From Balanoglossus misakiensis (lineage: Eukaryota > Animalia > Hemichordata), in assembly GCA_040954595.2 (NCBI GenBank), contig CM082583.2:8306849-8370848 (forward strand): a stretch of 64,000 nucleotides of DNA, given 5' to 3'. The notes beneath the pieces are model-generated. The model worked only from the letters and a program-made list of their open reading frames with translations, did not search any database and was not told where the DNA came from. Both the position numbers and the translations under genes were made by a program. This document shows positions 24,001-37,695 of this stretch, one piece after another (the first letter of the stretch is position 1; every line of letters begins with the position of its first letter).

Positions 24001-27000
24001 TTTATAACAGGCTTAAATTGAAAAGAACCTAAATTGATCACATCTTTGTGACATTGGTTATATCCCAGCTAAGAAGACTGCAGTCGTTAAGTGTATTATT
24101 GATATTTAAGAATGAAGAGAAAATACTCTTTTTATAAGAGTATAGATAAGTACGGTTGCTTAGCAACACATCCTCTTTCAGAGGGTATCTGAAACCCTAC
24201 TCTTTTGAGAGAATCACAATTACTCACAAATAACAAAAAAATACACAAAAACAATGCGACCTGGCTGAATGGTTCGAATTCAAACTAGATGATTTTACTC
24301 CGAGTGAAAATCGTTTCTGTGCATGTAATGATGACTAAACAGCTGGCTTAGAGTGAATTTATCATAATTTGTATTTTATTACACAGCATCATTTTCCGAT
24401 CCCTCCAAGGTGAACAACTGGATTCTTAAATGTCATTTTCATACACTAATGCCTTTTTCTTAATGAGTTAAATGAAAGAGGATCCATTTGCTCTCTTTCA
24501 ATTATGGATAATTTGAGGCAATTTTCATTCAGGTCTCTGTGAAGATTTTAGCTGAAGGAGTGGGCGGTTTCATTCAGAAGGAAGAGAATGAATGACTTGC
24601 ATATTACTCATATTTATCCCCTTTCACTGCATACCTGTTGTATCCCTTGGTTGTCAATGCGTGGGTTAGTATGTGTGTGGCCTGCACTGACAACCTTGAG
24701 AGATATTAATATATTAAATTTGTTTTTGTCACCTTGGTGTGTGACTTGTGGGAACCCTCTAGAAGAGCATTAAGTTTGAAATATGAAAATTCTCAATTGT
24801 GGCAAAGACAATTGCATTTACATACAAATGTATGTAACATTTCTCCAGTTTTTAACAGTAGGTATATAACATTGACTTTTACAATTTTAGCCAGTAGGTA
24901 TTTTAGCTACTGCAGTAAGTGATGGTTTAAAAGAACCACGCTGCAAATGCTACTTTAGACGCCCAGAACAAAACTCGCCTACAGTAAGTAAAATGTATCA
25001 TATACACATAAAGAAGATATCATTTCACACTGCTATTTGAGATTTTAATTGATTTTTCAATTCAATAAGTTAGTGCAATAATTCTGGCTCAAACTGCCTA
25101 CCCCGGTAATTAACCACCGGAAACACATTTCACTTTATTCAGGCAGTGCTCACAAGAAAAGATTATTTATAGCGTGTTTACCCAGCCAGGGGCAAAGCAG
25201 TTATATTCTTAGTCCGATTGATTTTATCGGTTGCGCTTGAGTAAGCACAGATCAGCACCTGGGTTGACGTAGAGCAGCTGACGTGCAAAGTACCAAGTAC
25301 ACCTGTATTTTGGTAAGGTCACGGTGCTACATTGAGATGTCGCGATGGTAATGACATTGCAGGAGACTGACCTTCATTTCCTTGAATAATGTGCCTAATT
25401 TCCGTTTGTTTGGTTCCTGTGGGATATCGAGGAACACATGCTTGAGTGGTTTTGTCGAGTCTTTATTCACCCGAAGTAGAATTCGTGAATTCTTGATCTT
25501 CGCTGTTACGTGTATGAAATAAACAAAAGGATCAGCTTGTTTATGATGAATGCAGAGTACAGCAATCTTACCACAGTCAAGAAATGGTGAAATATATTTT
25601 TGTACGGGAAGTTGTGAATACATGTATGGTACCACTGTTTACAGTATATCTGCTGCATTACAATGTAAATATAACTTGTTCATTTATATCGATCTTTGAG
25701 TATCCAGCTGGGCCATTACTAACTTGTTAATTTTTTAACCAACAATGCTGTGGTGGTTCTCCTGTCTATGGCTTCAGGTATGGGTCCCATAGGACTCAGT
25801 TGCTGGCAAGTCAACGTAGGCACAATGGGTATCTGCTTTAATGTGATTCATTACAAAGAACGTGGTCGTTACTTTGTATTGCTCTCTGTATATCAGGACA
25901 AATAAATTTGCTGTTACCAGATCACAAGTATTCCCCAGTATTCACCACTACACTAACTGTCTTTACTTTTAGATTAACCTTTATTGGCTTTAGTGCTGGT
26001 CATTATTTCATTTTACTGGACGAAATTCCAGTTGTGATGCAAATAAAATTATGTGTAGGAATTTAGTTCTGGCGTCTGGGTTACTTTTGCATGCATTATG
26101 GAAGAAAATCATATTACACAGTGAACTCCAAAACTCCGGAGATGCAACCCACTGCACTGACGTCACTGTTGATATGAAGAGATGTGAAAAAGCACCTTTT
26201 ATGTGGCCTTTTCAGATCTTTTTTGTTCCACTTCAAAGAAGATGGAGTGTTTGCGACGTCATAGAGAACAAAATATGGAGGATTGTTGATCCAGTGCTGT
26301 AACAGCATACAAATTCTTGACTGGGTTGGATAAAAAGGAAAAAAAGAAAATCCTTAATTTCAGGAAATGGTCAATACTTGGAACAAGAGCCCCCCAGAAA
26401 CACCGCACTTGTCTGCACAATAGCAGTATTGACTTGTTAAAGTGATAGCTTCCTGTGGTTCGGTTAGAATAACACAGGTACAGATACCTGTCACATAATT
26501 TCTTGTCTGCAGGGTGTTTCTTGAGAAAGTCTATTGACGTAACGTCTGGCCATAATGCCACAGATGTCCAAAAGTTAAAGTAAAGTAAATTGTATGTCCT
26601 ATCATTCCAGCACAAAATCATTGTAGATGTACCTCCCCGAGGAGTCTTGTATTTTAATCAAATGTATCCGTGGGAACAAATCAATCAAGCAATCCATAGG
26701 GGTCTTATAATTGATCAGGGTACTTTAATGGAATGAATATTGCAGTCATAGCCAAACACCCCAGAATATTAGTAGTACAACTTTAGTGGTCTTGTTTCTG
26801 TATTTACAGTGACAACATTCCAGTATCTAGATATTTTGAAACGGCAACCAAGTACAACATAATAAAATAAGTAGGATTCTTCATTTTCTAAATTCAAAAT
26901 ATTTGGACAACAGCAGGAAAACGCACAACGGCATTTGGCTGTGGTATAGCTGCACGTTTTTCCTCCCGTGACTGTTCCCATATAGGCCAGACAGTAAATT

Positions 27001-30000
27001 TGGATTGCATCTTACAGACGCTCTTTTCACCCTCCTCAAGCGAGGTAATTTGGAGGTTTATTAAAGACGTATGACAACTGACACTGTGGTAGGCTGTATT
27101 TTGTCTGTGACCTTATGTGCTTTTTAAAATCAGACCCTGATGGGGCCGTAAATTTCGGTTGCTCATAGAAGATTACATTTCATACAGCGTGGATCAATGA
27201 CAACATAATTTGTTTGGGGAATCCTCTGTTTGGATAGGCTGATGTGCATGTGTGTGTGGAAGTCTCCATCTCGCCCTGAAAGTTTGGAAGAACATGTGAT
27301 AGCCCAAACCAGTTTGAAATTACTGCCAGCTCTTTTTTTCCCAAGATGTTGGTAGTTCAGAAGGTGACTTTTTTTTTACAGTGTCAGACTATGTGAGACC
27401 AGCGTGGCCTATATATATGCCTGGGAACTCTCCAATTGGCATCAAGCCTGGTGAAATGTACTCCTACATGTATGCGTGGCTCAAATTTTAGATCTGATGT
27501 AAACCCCCTCTCTGTATATGACCCAAACCTCTTCTCCATACTTGTGCTAAATGAGTCCATCTTTAGTCTGACATATCCTGTCCACATTGGTTATTTGGGG
27601 CCAACTTAAAAACCTAGGGCGAAAATTATCATGATGTGAACCCCACTACTATCGACATGTCAACTGTCAAGACAGGAGTCAAGTGGGGTGTGATCTTTCA
27701 AATGGTTGGCATGTTCTTCACAGTTCAGGAATGACCCCGAAAACGAGTTTCCGTCCCACATGTATCTGTTAACTGCCGGGGCACAAATCTTGCAGTTTTG
27801 TTAACAAGACCCAAGGTAATACTGGCATCTGAAAGGGACGGTTGATGTTGCTGGCATCAGTTGTGAACTGGGTGATAATATTTGCGATATCGCTGCACAT
27901 GGTCCTAATGGGTGTTCTTTAGTGTTTGGCCAGTGGGACGTGTGTGGAATTTGTCGGATGGTGTGAGGCCTGCCTTGTGATGCTGCGAGATCAGATTGTC
28001 CTGATACCGGTAGTACTAATGAGACTTTCTTTACAATAACTTAAGACAGTTAACCAAATTGTATGAACTGCCTTCCATTCACAGTTTGCAATACACTACT
28101 GTGGGTTGTTCAACATTTTAGCAAGCTGGTCGTGTTCATTACTCAGCTAAAATCTGGTTGCCCGTAGTCTTTGTACCGAGTTCTCTGCTAAACGTTTCGT
28201 TTTTCTTACACTATCGACAACCCCTTACCATTGCTAGACGTGGCATGTAGCAAATATGTATAATTGTCAAGAATGTACTCCCGCTCCATGCAAGGTCATT
28301 CCGGAATGTACGGAAACTATTTTGTTCCCATTCCCCTTGTAGTAGATAAATTGATGCCAGGGGATGCCATTGGACGATAAAATACTTCTGCTAGAAAAAT
28401 TACAGTTTTATAGTAACACTAACACCCTGCATATGTGGCGGGACACTCAGGTTACTTGCCGTGTGAAAATTTTGGATGTGCAGATTCTCATAGAAATTTT
28501 GATCACAAGATCAAGCCACATTGAAATATACATAAACATGGGCTTAAGGTTTTGCCACAAGGGCTTTGATGAACATACAGCACTGACAGACAAGCTCAAG
28601 ACACTATCCAAGACAGTGCCAAGAGTTATTTCAGTATATGTAGTTCAGTCCTTACCATGTGGCTACAAAAATAAAAGTTTTAGCGCCATAATTTCCAACA
28701 GAACATTTACTGCAGAATATGTCAAAATGGTGTTGCTATGAGAATGAATTTTCTATAAATTTTATTTCAGCAGCGCGCAGACACAAAAATTGATTGTTTT
28801 TTTCCTTATCTTCACCACTGCATAATTGTAATTTCTAGATTGGAAACCTGGGAGGCAGCACCGGGGAATATTTTTGATAATGCAACTTCGGTAATTAAAA
28901 ATTAAGATATGAACAGTTTCATCGCTCGGGGTCAGAGTATGTGTGCATCATATATTCTCCGAATGAAAGATAACTGTGGATTCCTTTGAGTGTGCTCACC
29001 TGCCATTGATAATTAATCACTTCCCCTCATGTGATGACTGTCTTATTTTCTTTGCAGAAGTGTGTGCTATGTGTGCTGTAGAAAAATCAGGTTCTTAATT
29101 TGACAGTAGAAAGCTACATGTACAGTAATTTCTTCGATTCCAGTTTTTGCAGTGTTTCTGTACTGTTGAAATCAATTAGATGAATACAGGCTGAACTGCA
29201 CATATGGCTCTGCCTTGCAGCGCACGTGTCGTGTGTCCGGATCGGATATCAACAAAGCCTGAATTTTCTCTGCCATGCTGGCGTTTATCATTTTTCAGGT
29301 GAAATGGACGATGGCATTTAGAGAAATCAAATGTTAAATGATTCTAGGGAACATTAATGTACTATATGCAGAGTCTAAGCAGAGATTTGTATATAAGGCT
29401 TAAGAAAAATTGCAGGCAGCAAAGTATATAACAAATAAGACTAAGAGCCAATGTTTGGGAACATGCGAACAGAAGGCTATATTTCACTTCGTCAGCTGAG
29501 TCACACTGCAGACTGTGGTGTAGAGTTTTCATCTGAAAACACCAAGCAACACCCTGTGAATCAACCTTACAAATGACATGAGGAAATCATGATTTGTTTG
29601 ACACGATCTTATCAGTAGAAGGCATGCAGTGAGAAAGTCCCATGCTCAGAATTCTAAAACACCCAGTCATGACCTTTCTCAAAGCAAACGCAGTCAATCA
29701 GTGGTGGCGGTGGTATCTATGACATTCTGAAGATGGTTATAGTATTTAGAGTGTATATTATACTGATAACTCTTCAGAGTGGCACATATTTTACCACCCT
29801 GTCACCGGGGAACTACAGAAGAATTTCCTACCCAACTGAAATAAGTTACCGTATTAAACCTGAAATTGTTTTTTTTCTTCGGTGAATTGGATTGTTGTTT
29901 AATAATGCAATTGTATGGCAGTGGACTTCATTGGGACGTTTCTGAACTTCTCAAAACTTGTGATAATTTATCAGTCCCAACTATACTAGTATTTCAGGAC

Positions 30001-33000
30001 TTTGATTGTGATTGTAAAATATGCAAAATTATTGAAAATGAAGTTTTCTGGAGAATGGGAAAGATCTATTGTCCGGTGTAATGCATGTCTTTGGTATATC
30101 CAAGTGTCAATGAAAAATTCATGAGAGAGACTTATCATATTTTTTCACCATTCTGCAAATCGATTGAATATATGCAAATGAGTCATGGGACAGAAGCGTA
30201 TCCAATTGCCTCTGCATGTTTCCATTAGCGCATGGATTTCAAGGATTATCCCAGTGGCTAACGTATACATGGCTACCCGCCTCTGTTGTAAATTATTTAC
30301 ATCTACTCTTACGTGGATTAACCCGCAATGTGAGAAATGTCATTTCCTGCACTGTTGCCGTGGAAACAGTGTATAGCCAGGTGACTCAACAGGAGCGGAG
30401 TCAGCACCCATGAATGATCAATAACAAGGATATTGCTGAACTTTAATACTAGTAACTCAGGAGGAACAGGGTTTTCATGAATTGAAAATTGTGAACATAT
30501 TGATTACAAGTGTGTAGAATCTGATATAAGCTCTTTAGTTCAAAACATGGAAATTTGTAGCAGTTTTAAGAATTATAATCCACCTGTTAAAGGAGTAGGC
30601 ATGTAACACCTGATTTAATAATTTAACTAAACAACTTATAATCTGCTTTAACATTATGACTGTATTTTTTACAGCATTAACTGTCTGTTTGAGGCTCAGA
30701 AATATGACAGATTAATGTTCGTGAGCCTGTCTGCGTTTCTTGAATTTTTTATTGCTCGCTGGGATGAGACAGCCTGGAGCGTTAATAAATAATATTCTGT
30801 TTTTGCTTCTGAGCATGAGTAACTGTAACAAGATTCATAGGTGCTCCACTGACTGCAATTTATCGTCTGTATCAACTTGCTAGCGTGGGCATATTCGTCA
30901 AATCGTTGGGGGCCGGCACGAAGGAAATGAAGTGTGCTGCAGCATCAGTTTCGAACAAATTACATTTCGAACATTATACTTTAGATGTGGGTTTTTGCCA
31001 ATTTAACTAACATTCACACAACACAAGTACACTCAACACAAAAAGAGTAATTCCAGTCATGATGGGAATTGATCGAAGCAACTGTTCGAAGTGGGAATCC
31101 AATCCTTTGGCAGTATTTCTGACTGAGTTTCAGAGATGAAAATCTCGCCACATTTTCTAATAGGCGATGAAAACGACGGGTCATCAATCACCACTTTAAT
31201 ATAATGATATTGAAAGACAAACAGCAGGTATTGGTGAAAGTCATAAAACATAAACTGTCACCCCCTCCGATGAAGAGATCAATGTTTTTCATCAGTTACC
31301 ATGGCGGCAGACAGTTTCAAAACAGAATTTTATTCCCTTAGCTAAGAAGACTTTTAATATAACCAAAAAAGTTTGTAGTTACAGACTACAATGGTTACTT
31401 TTTCCGAAAGCCATATCAACCACATTATTGGGGACTAGTTTTCTTGGAAAGTCTAGTTGCCATTGTACATGGTTGGCTTACATGTAATTGGCTTTACAGG
31501 AGAATACTTGCAACTTCGAGAAGGCTCTATATGTCAGAAGGTGATGGACATTATAAAAGAAAGAGAATTTCTTCATCGGTAAATTCTTATCTGACATTTC
31601 CTTGCTGCTGCAAATCTCAATATGCGTGTGTGTTTACTCAGACAATGCGCAAGCATAATGATACACACTCAAGCCAGGTAATGGGAGTTTATGGGCAATT
31701 TGGAAGCACTAAGCATTTTGATATGGCCACATTACTTGCGGAGATTTGTGGAAAAGTGGCAATCAAAAGTAAAGTTACGCTCGGTCCAGATGGGAGTTTA
31801 AAATATCAATATTCATCCCGTGTCGCGAGCGCTGTAAAGTGGAACGGGAGACAGCATGTAACAGTTGGCATTTGCCCTCTCAGTCACTGTGCCATAAGAG
31901 TCTAGGCGACCTCTTTTAACACGCAAGTCATTGCGTCTCCGAGGCTGTAAGCCAGTGTATGACATACCGCTGATGCACGAGGATTCTTGGTGACGCAAGG
32001 CAATTTTTCATCCCGCGGGCTAATGCCAGGAGGCTGACGCAGCGAGGAAATGTCTCACTGTTTTTAAATTTGGAGAGCCTTGAAATTTTGTTTGAGGGCA
32101 CTCTGTCTGTTCGTGGGCACGTACGTGACCGCTGGGGCTTTGATCGCCTTTTTCGCTGCGACAGATTAGTTCTGAGAGCATTGTTGTTTTCAGTGGTATG
32201 GCACAAATGTGTTAACGGTTTCCAGTCCCTGTTGTGAAATGGCAAGTGCTTTAATGGTCAGGTGGTGAGAGATGGTGTAGTCTGTATTTTTTTTTTTTTT
32301 TTGCTGAGACAGAGCAACACAGGTCAGTTGGTGGAAAGGAATCCAAAATACACGTAGCATTCGCACCTTTCGTAGATGCATAGGGAACTTTCCTATATAG
32401 TTACCTTGCAGTCTAATTTATAGCTGTTGATGTCAGGTTGAACTGTGCTCATTTCAAAATCCCTTAGGAAGATAACAAAAATATTAGTTGATACACGAAA
32501 TGGACACACATGTGTATATGTTATCGCTCTTCCACTGCAGCGTGCAAGGTAACTATATAGGAAAGATCCCTGTATAACTACGAAAGGTGCCAATGCTACG
32601 TGATTAACAGAAATGATAAGGGCAGTTTAATAATGGAGTCATTAAATTCACTAGTGCATGTCAGCTAGTTAATTAATATTGCCTTTCAAAATGCTAATTT
32701 GATTGGCAGTGCGTCAATCAGGAACGCTTCCTTTAGTGATGACATTCATGTATCGTACTTGTTGCTACATGTACTTGTTAGTATATTTTACATTTCAGCT
32801 AGACTATGTATAAAAATGTCATGACACATGTGCATGTAAGAGTGCATTGTGTGTAGCACCCAAGTATTGTGATATGCTTATATAACGAAAGAAAAACCAA
32901 AGCAAGTTGTCTCACAACTCAAATACTTGTTATTTAAAACTGCCACTCACAATCTGATAAAGGTTCCGAAAACAGTACTCTAACATTCTCACTACATAAA

Positions 33001-36000
33001 CGTGTGCATTGTGTCGATACAGAAAACAAGGAAACATCTTGTTTTCATAGTTTAAACATGTATGTGTATTTCATTTATGGCCACATAAAATAACTGATAT
33101 TGGCAGGAAAGATGCAAAATTGGTATCAATCTGCAGTCTCAATCAGGAGCACAGAAAAAACAACAGGTACATGTACTTTCAGAGAAATAGTACCAGACAT
33201 GTATTCAAACTAAAATGCTTGGTTTACAAGCTAAAATAGGAGATGTGGGGCTCTCTTTTTGGCAACGTCAATACATCGCAGGACAAATAGTAAGCTAAAC
33301 GTTTCAGAAGAAAAAGGTAGTTCACAAAAAAAAAGCAATCCAATAATGTCAAAGGAGAATGACGTTTCCCCTTTGAACAACCAGGTACAAGTTGTCCTGA
33401 TGTGGACAAACTGCCATTGTAATGGCAATTAGAGCAGAATTCTTTGTGACTGATAGGTAAACAAGATACATAGTTTCCGGCAAAACCCCCTCCACGAGTG
33501 CTTTCTGCCGCGAGTGTAGTTTACACAGAAGTGAAAAGGGAAATTGTGCGCCAAGTGGCTGTTGCCAGTCTCCTAGACATTGCATTGTCTGGAGTGCGGG
33601 GGCAGCCGTGAAAACGTTCCTTGTTGGCTTGTATCCATGCATGGCGGGTCCCCGTGACAAATTATTAGAAAATGGGAAAGTGAGCCCCTGGCGGACAATG
33701 GAAAGTGTTCCTGTGCCGGGCTTAATACTGTGACTCTATGCTCGAAACTCGATCAGCGAGTGCAATTTTGTCTCAAAGTGTATGGGAAAGAAATGGTGAA
33801 ATTGGGTGCATACGTGGCCACGGAAATGCGTTGCAGTCGGCCGTAACGTGGTATTGGTTCTCGGCATTGATTGTGGTTAGAGATTTCAAGCGTGTTCAGT
33901 ACTGGTCTGTTGTGACCCACTGACTTCCAAATTTCTGTAATATTAAGAGTTGGAAAATGGTGAGCGCAGTGTATTTTGGATCCAAGAGGATGAGGACCCA
34001 TGATGATGGTTCTGTATGCAAATGAAGCGGCAAGACAGAGCTGTGATTGGCTGATTGGCATGCTGGTTGTGTCAGACGTGTAGTTCTCTGCTAGAGCTCT
34101 TCCTACTGCTCTGAATTTGAAGATAAAGGCAAAATCACGCAAGTTTGCATTGTTATCTAATGGACAATTAATTTAAACTGACAATGTTTTCTCTGTAGGC
34201 AACATAGCATTCCATCCAGACCTGAAGGATCACTGTGAAATGTAAACAAATTGTTTTCGATTAACAGTGTAATGAACTTGCCACTGATCCAAGAAATTCA
34301 ACAAACGTGCCAGAGAAATCTTGTTTACGGAAGGCATAGACTGATAGAAAATTATCTTATCATTGGCCTTGCCGTTGGTCTTGCGCCAAATGCATTAGTC
34401 CTGATTTCACAGTTGGACCGTGTGGTTTGGTCACAATCTGTTGTCTTTCACCACAGAATTTATTTTAGTTTCATAATAAAGTTATATCATTGTGAGATAC
34501 ACTTGTCTCCTTGATATTACATAGTATTGAGTAACTTTTTGTAATAATAGTTAATACCCTGTTATGCTGGCACATGGCGATGGGATCGCTGTTCCAATGG
34601 CAGTTAGAATTTGAATTTGTCTGATGTAATCTTGAGCAATAGTACCTTAACGTACATTAACTGTTTGATATGTCATTACATCAGAGTTCCCATCTAGACA
34701 TGTGTACTTACAGATGATTCTGATACGGAATGTGCAGCAGATAAAATAGAAGAGATTATTAAATGTAATAATGATGCATTGAGTCCATCAAGGTTGACAG
34801 TAGTGAGGTTGTCTGATAACCAAACCATATGAAGTCATTGCACATTCTCCAGTTTTTGACCAAAATCCCAGTTGCTTGAGAGATACATTCACGTTCGAAA
34901 TTTCTTTTTTAATTGTAAATCTGTGTATCTCTCTTCTGCAATCTACAACACACAGGCAATATGAGTACAAAGGTCATGTCCTGAGCATCGGGAGAGAAGG
35001 GAGGGCGAATGAACTTCTTGTGATGTCTTGTTTTGTGTACACGATAGAACATGGTGACTTGAGTACAATCCTTGAGCTACTTGTTGCTTGTTTCTCTGTT
35101 TAACTTCACAGATGGGTCTGTAACTTGAGAAAGAGTTGGCCAAGTCGACAACAGACAAGTTCAATGACATGAAGTCACGGCCACGTCATGTACATGTACG
35201 TGACAGCGTACAGTGTACGTGAGACAAAATTTACTCGCAAGTGTCATGAGACCCAGTATTCAGATTCAGAAATCTGATTATCGTACGAGTGAAGAGTCGC
35301 CATCCTTACAATTGTGCATCTTTCCAAGGTTAGGTGATGTCTCATTCACTTGATGAAAAGTGAGTGTTTTGTGTCAAAGCGGCATGTGATGTTTCAGTGA
35401 TGTTGCCATGGCAACATCACCGGTGCAAAGAATAGCTTTCCTGAACATATGTGTGCCCTGTACATTATACACTTGGTTCAAGTTTTCTTTTAGAGAGGGT
35501 TTGTTTGCGTTAGTTCAAGGTTTCTTTAGAGGGGATATAGGGGATGTAAAACCTCTTTTTGTGTTATTAGCTGGGCTTGGTTACAATTTGCATTGAAAGC
35601 GTCTCCCGGTCGGTGATTTGCACTCCATGGAAAGTGATTTGTTGATTGTGATCATTGGAAGCCCCTTCCCCCCTAGTGTCGCCTGTCATGGTCAACCTGC
35701 GAAAAACACCTATCATCGTTGTTCCCCCAACAGTGAAGTGTGAAACGAATAAACAGTATCGTGTGATGTCTAGACTGGTCGAGCTTCAAGTGGACATAAA
35801 AGGAGCTGAGCGGGGATTGAAAAAATGTACATTACTAGTAATCCGAGCTATCCAAGTGGTCGGGGTTGGAAGGCTTGTTGCAATAAACAAGTGAAATGAG
35901 AGGTTGAAGTGAACTTCAAGGTGGGGTGAGGCAGGGTGGAGTAATGTTTTGTGTACTTTGAGTAGCAAAGATTTCAAAATGTGTGTGTCAAAAAGCATAC

Positions 36001-36927
36001 CAGGGGCTGCTGGTGCATTTATGCTTACCTGCATTATCAGTGAAGTGCTGGGATATTCTAGTACCAAGGGCAATCATTATGACTTAGGCAGTAATACTTG
36101 GAAGCATGCAGAAAATCCCTGTCAATACTTACGTGGCAGAAATGTGTTCTTTTCTGCTGGTGACTCAGATTTTGAAATTCACTTGATAATTTAATTCTGT
36201 GTATCTGATGCGAGCAGTGCTTCAGGGCAAACTGCATTTCCTCTGTGCTAGTGGTACGTTAGGTAGCCTCGCGGACTGGCTATAATTACACTGGACATGT
36301 CTTGAGCAGTGAAATTCAATGAACCACACAGGTTGTGTTATGAAATGCTTGGTGAGTGTGAAGATAACATCTTGTAATAATGTCTGGCCAACATGTCAAT
36401 TCAGGTCAAGAATTTTCCAGGTCTAATTTTCTGGCCCAGTTGCATCACACAAGGGTCATACTGTGAGACCATGCAAGGGGGGTAATGTGTTCCTTTGTCG
36501 ATGAAGGTTCCAATGCAGTCTATTCAGTGGGAACTACAGTTGTGTGGGTTGGAGGGAGGGGGGGGGGGGGGTATTGCCAATTACGCAGTACCCATGAGCT
36601 CTACCTAGAATATTTTATCGTGTGGTTTCATAGTGGTAGTAACTGTGAGAGATTTCAAGTTTCTCACACTCTTAGAGGCTCCTCGAATGCTTAAATCGCC
36701 CCAAATCTGATTACAATCAGATGTAGAGGTGTGTTCAGTCTCAAAATTGCTCTGCGGTCTCTCTACTTCTGCTGTCCTCGTCTCTCTACAGAGCACAAAA
36801 GAAAACGGTAATCAGTAAGCGAAGGAGCCAGTTCCTTCCTCTGATTCTAATCAGATTGAGTCTCTCCTGGAAAATCCTTGAAAGGCTCGGAGAAAATGAA
36901 ATTCACCCCCAGATACATGTGGATAGC

Positions 36928-37041
36928 CATTGAAAATTGATTTAAGTACCGAGATTATCCACTACTTTCTTTGGTACAGATGCATTGAAAATTGATTTAA
37001 CTGCATGTACTTAGATTATCTGCTACTTTTTTGGTACAGAT
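36928..37041. repeat. Local imperfect tandem duplication (2 copies of ~55-59 bp)
   Basis: cattgaaaattgatttaa...agattatc...ctacttt...ttggtacagat starts at 36928 and again at 36983. Confidence 0.7.
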
Positions 37042-37695
37042 ACAGTACAATCACTCTTGTAAAATGATATCTTTGACCTGAAATTCTCTGTAAAATCATG
37101 TACAAAAAAACACCTGGCAAATTCTGGAATTTTGAGCGACCATATGTGAATGGTTTGCTGTTCATATGGCGTACATGATTGTGGTTAATTTGTGAAAAGA
37201 TGCACACCATTTCTTTTGGGAAAGACCAGATGTCAGACTTTGGGGTTTTGTGCAAAATTGTTTTGTTAATATCGGCCAATTACACATTGTGTTCCCCTGG
37301 CAACAAGAGATTTTCGAAGTATTGTGGCATTTTTGGTCGACCTTTGGGCTCATTTAACTATGACAAAAGCCCATCTGTATCCCAGCCAGCTAAAATTCCA
37401 TAGCATTGGATGTTTTAACAATATAAAATGAACTACTTTCCTGGTCCGCACCAGTTATGTCAAATGCATCTTTCTGGTGAAATTCACTGTACGTAATTTC
37501 CGAGTAATTCAACTGGATTTTGCTAATGACGTGTGACAGGACACAAAGCTGTCTCAGTACATGCACAGGTGTAAGAGATTAGAACAGTGTACTCAAGAGC
37601 AAAGAACGTTACATGCCAGAAGGCCTGAAAGCTTTGTGTACGTTGACAAGTGACATAAAACATTCTCAATTTTTTTTCTATTCTTTATTTTCCAG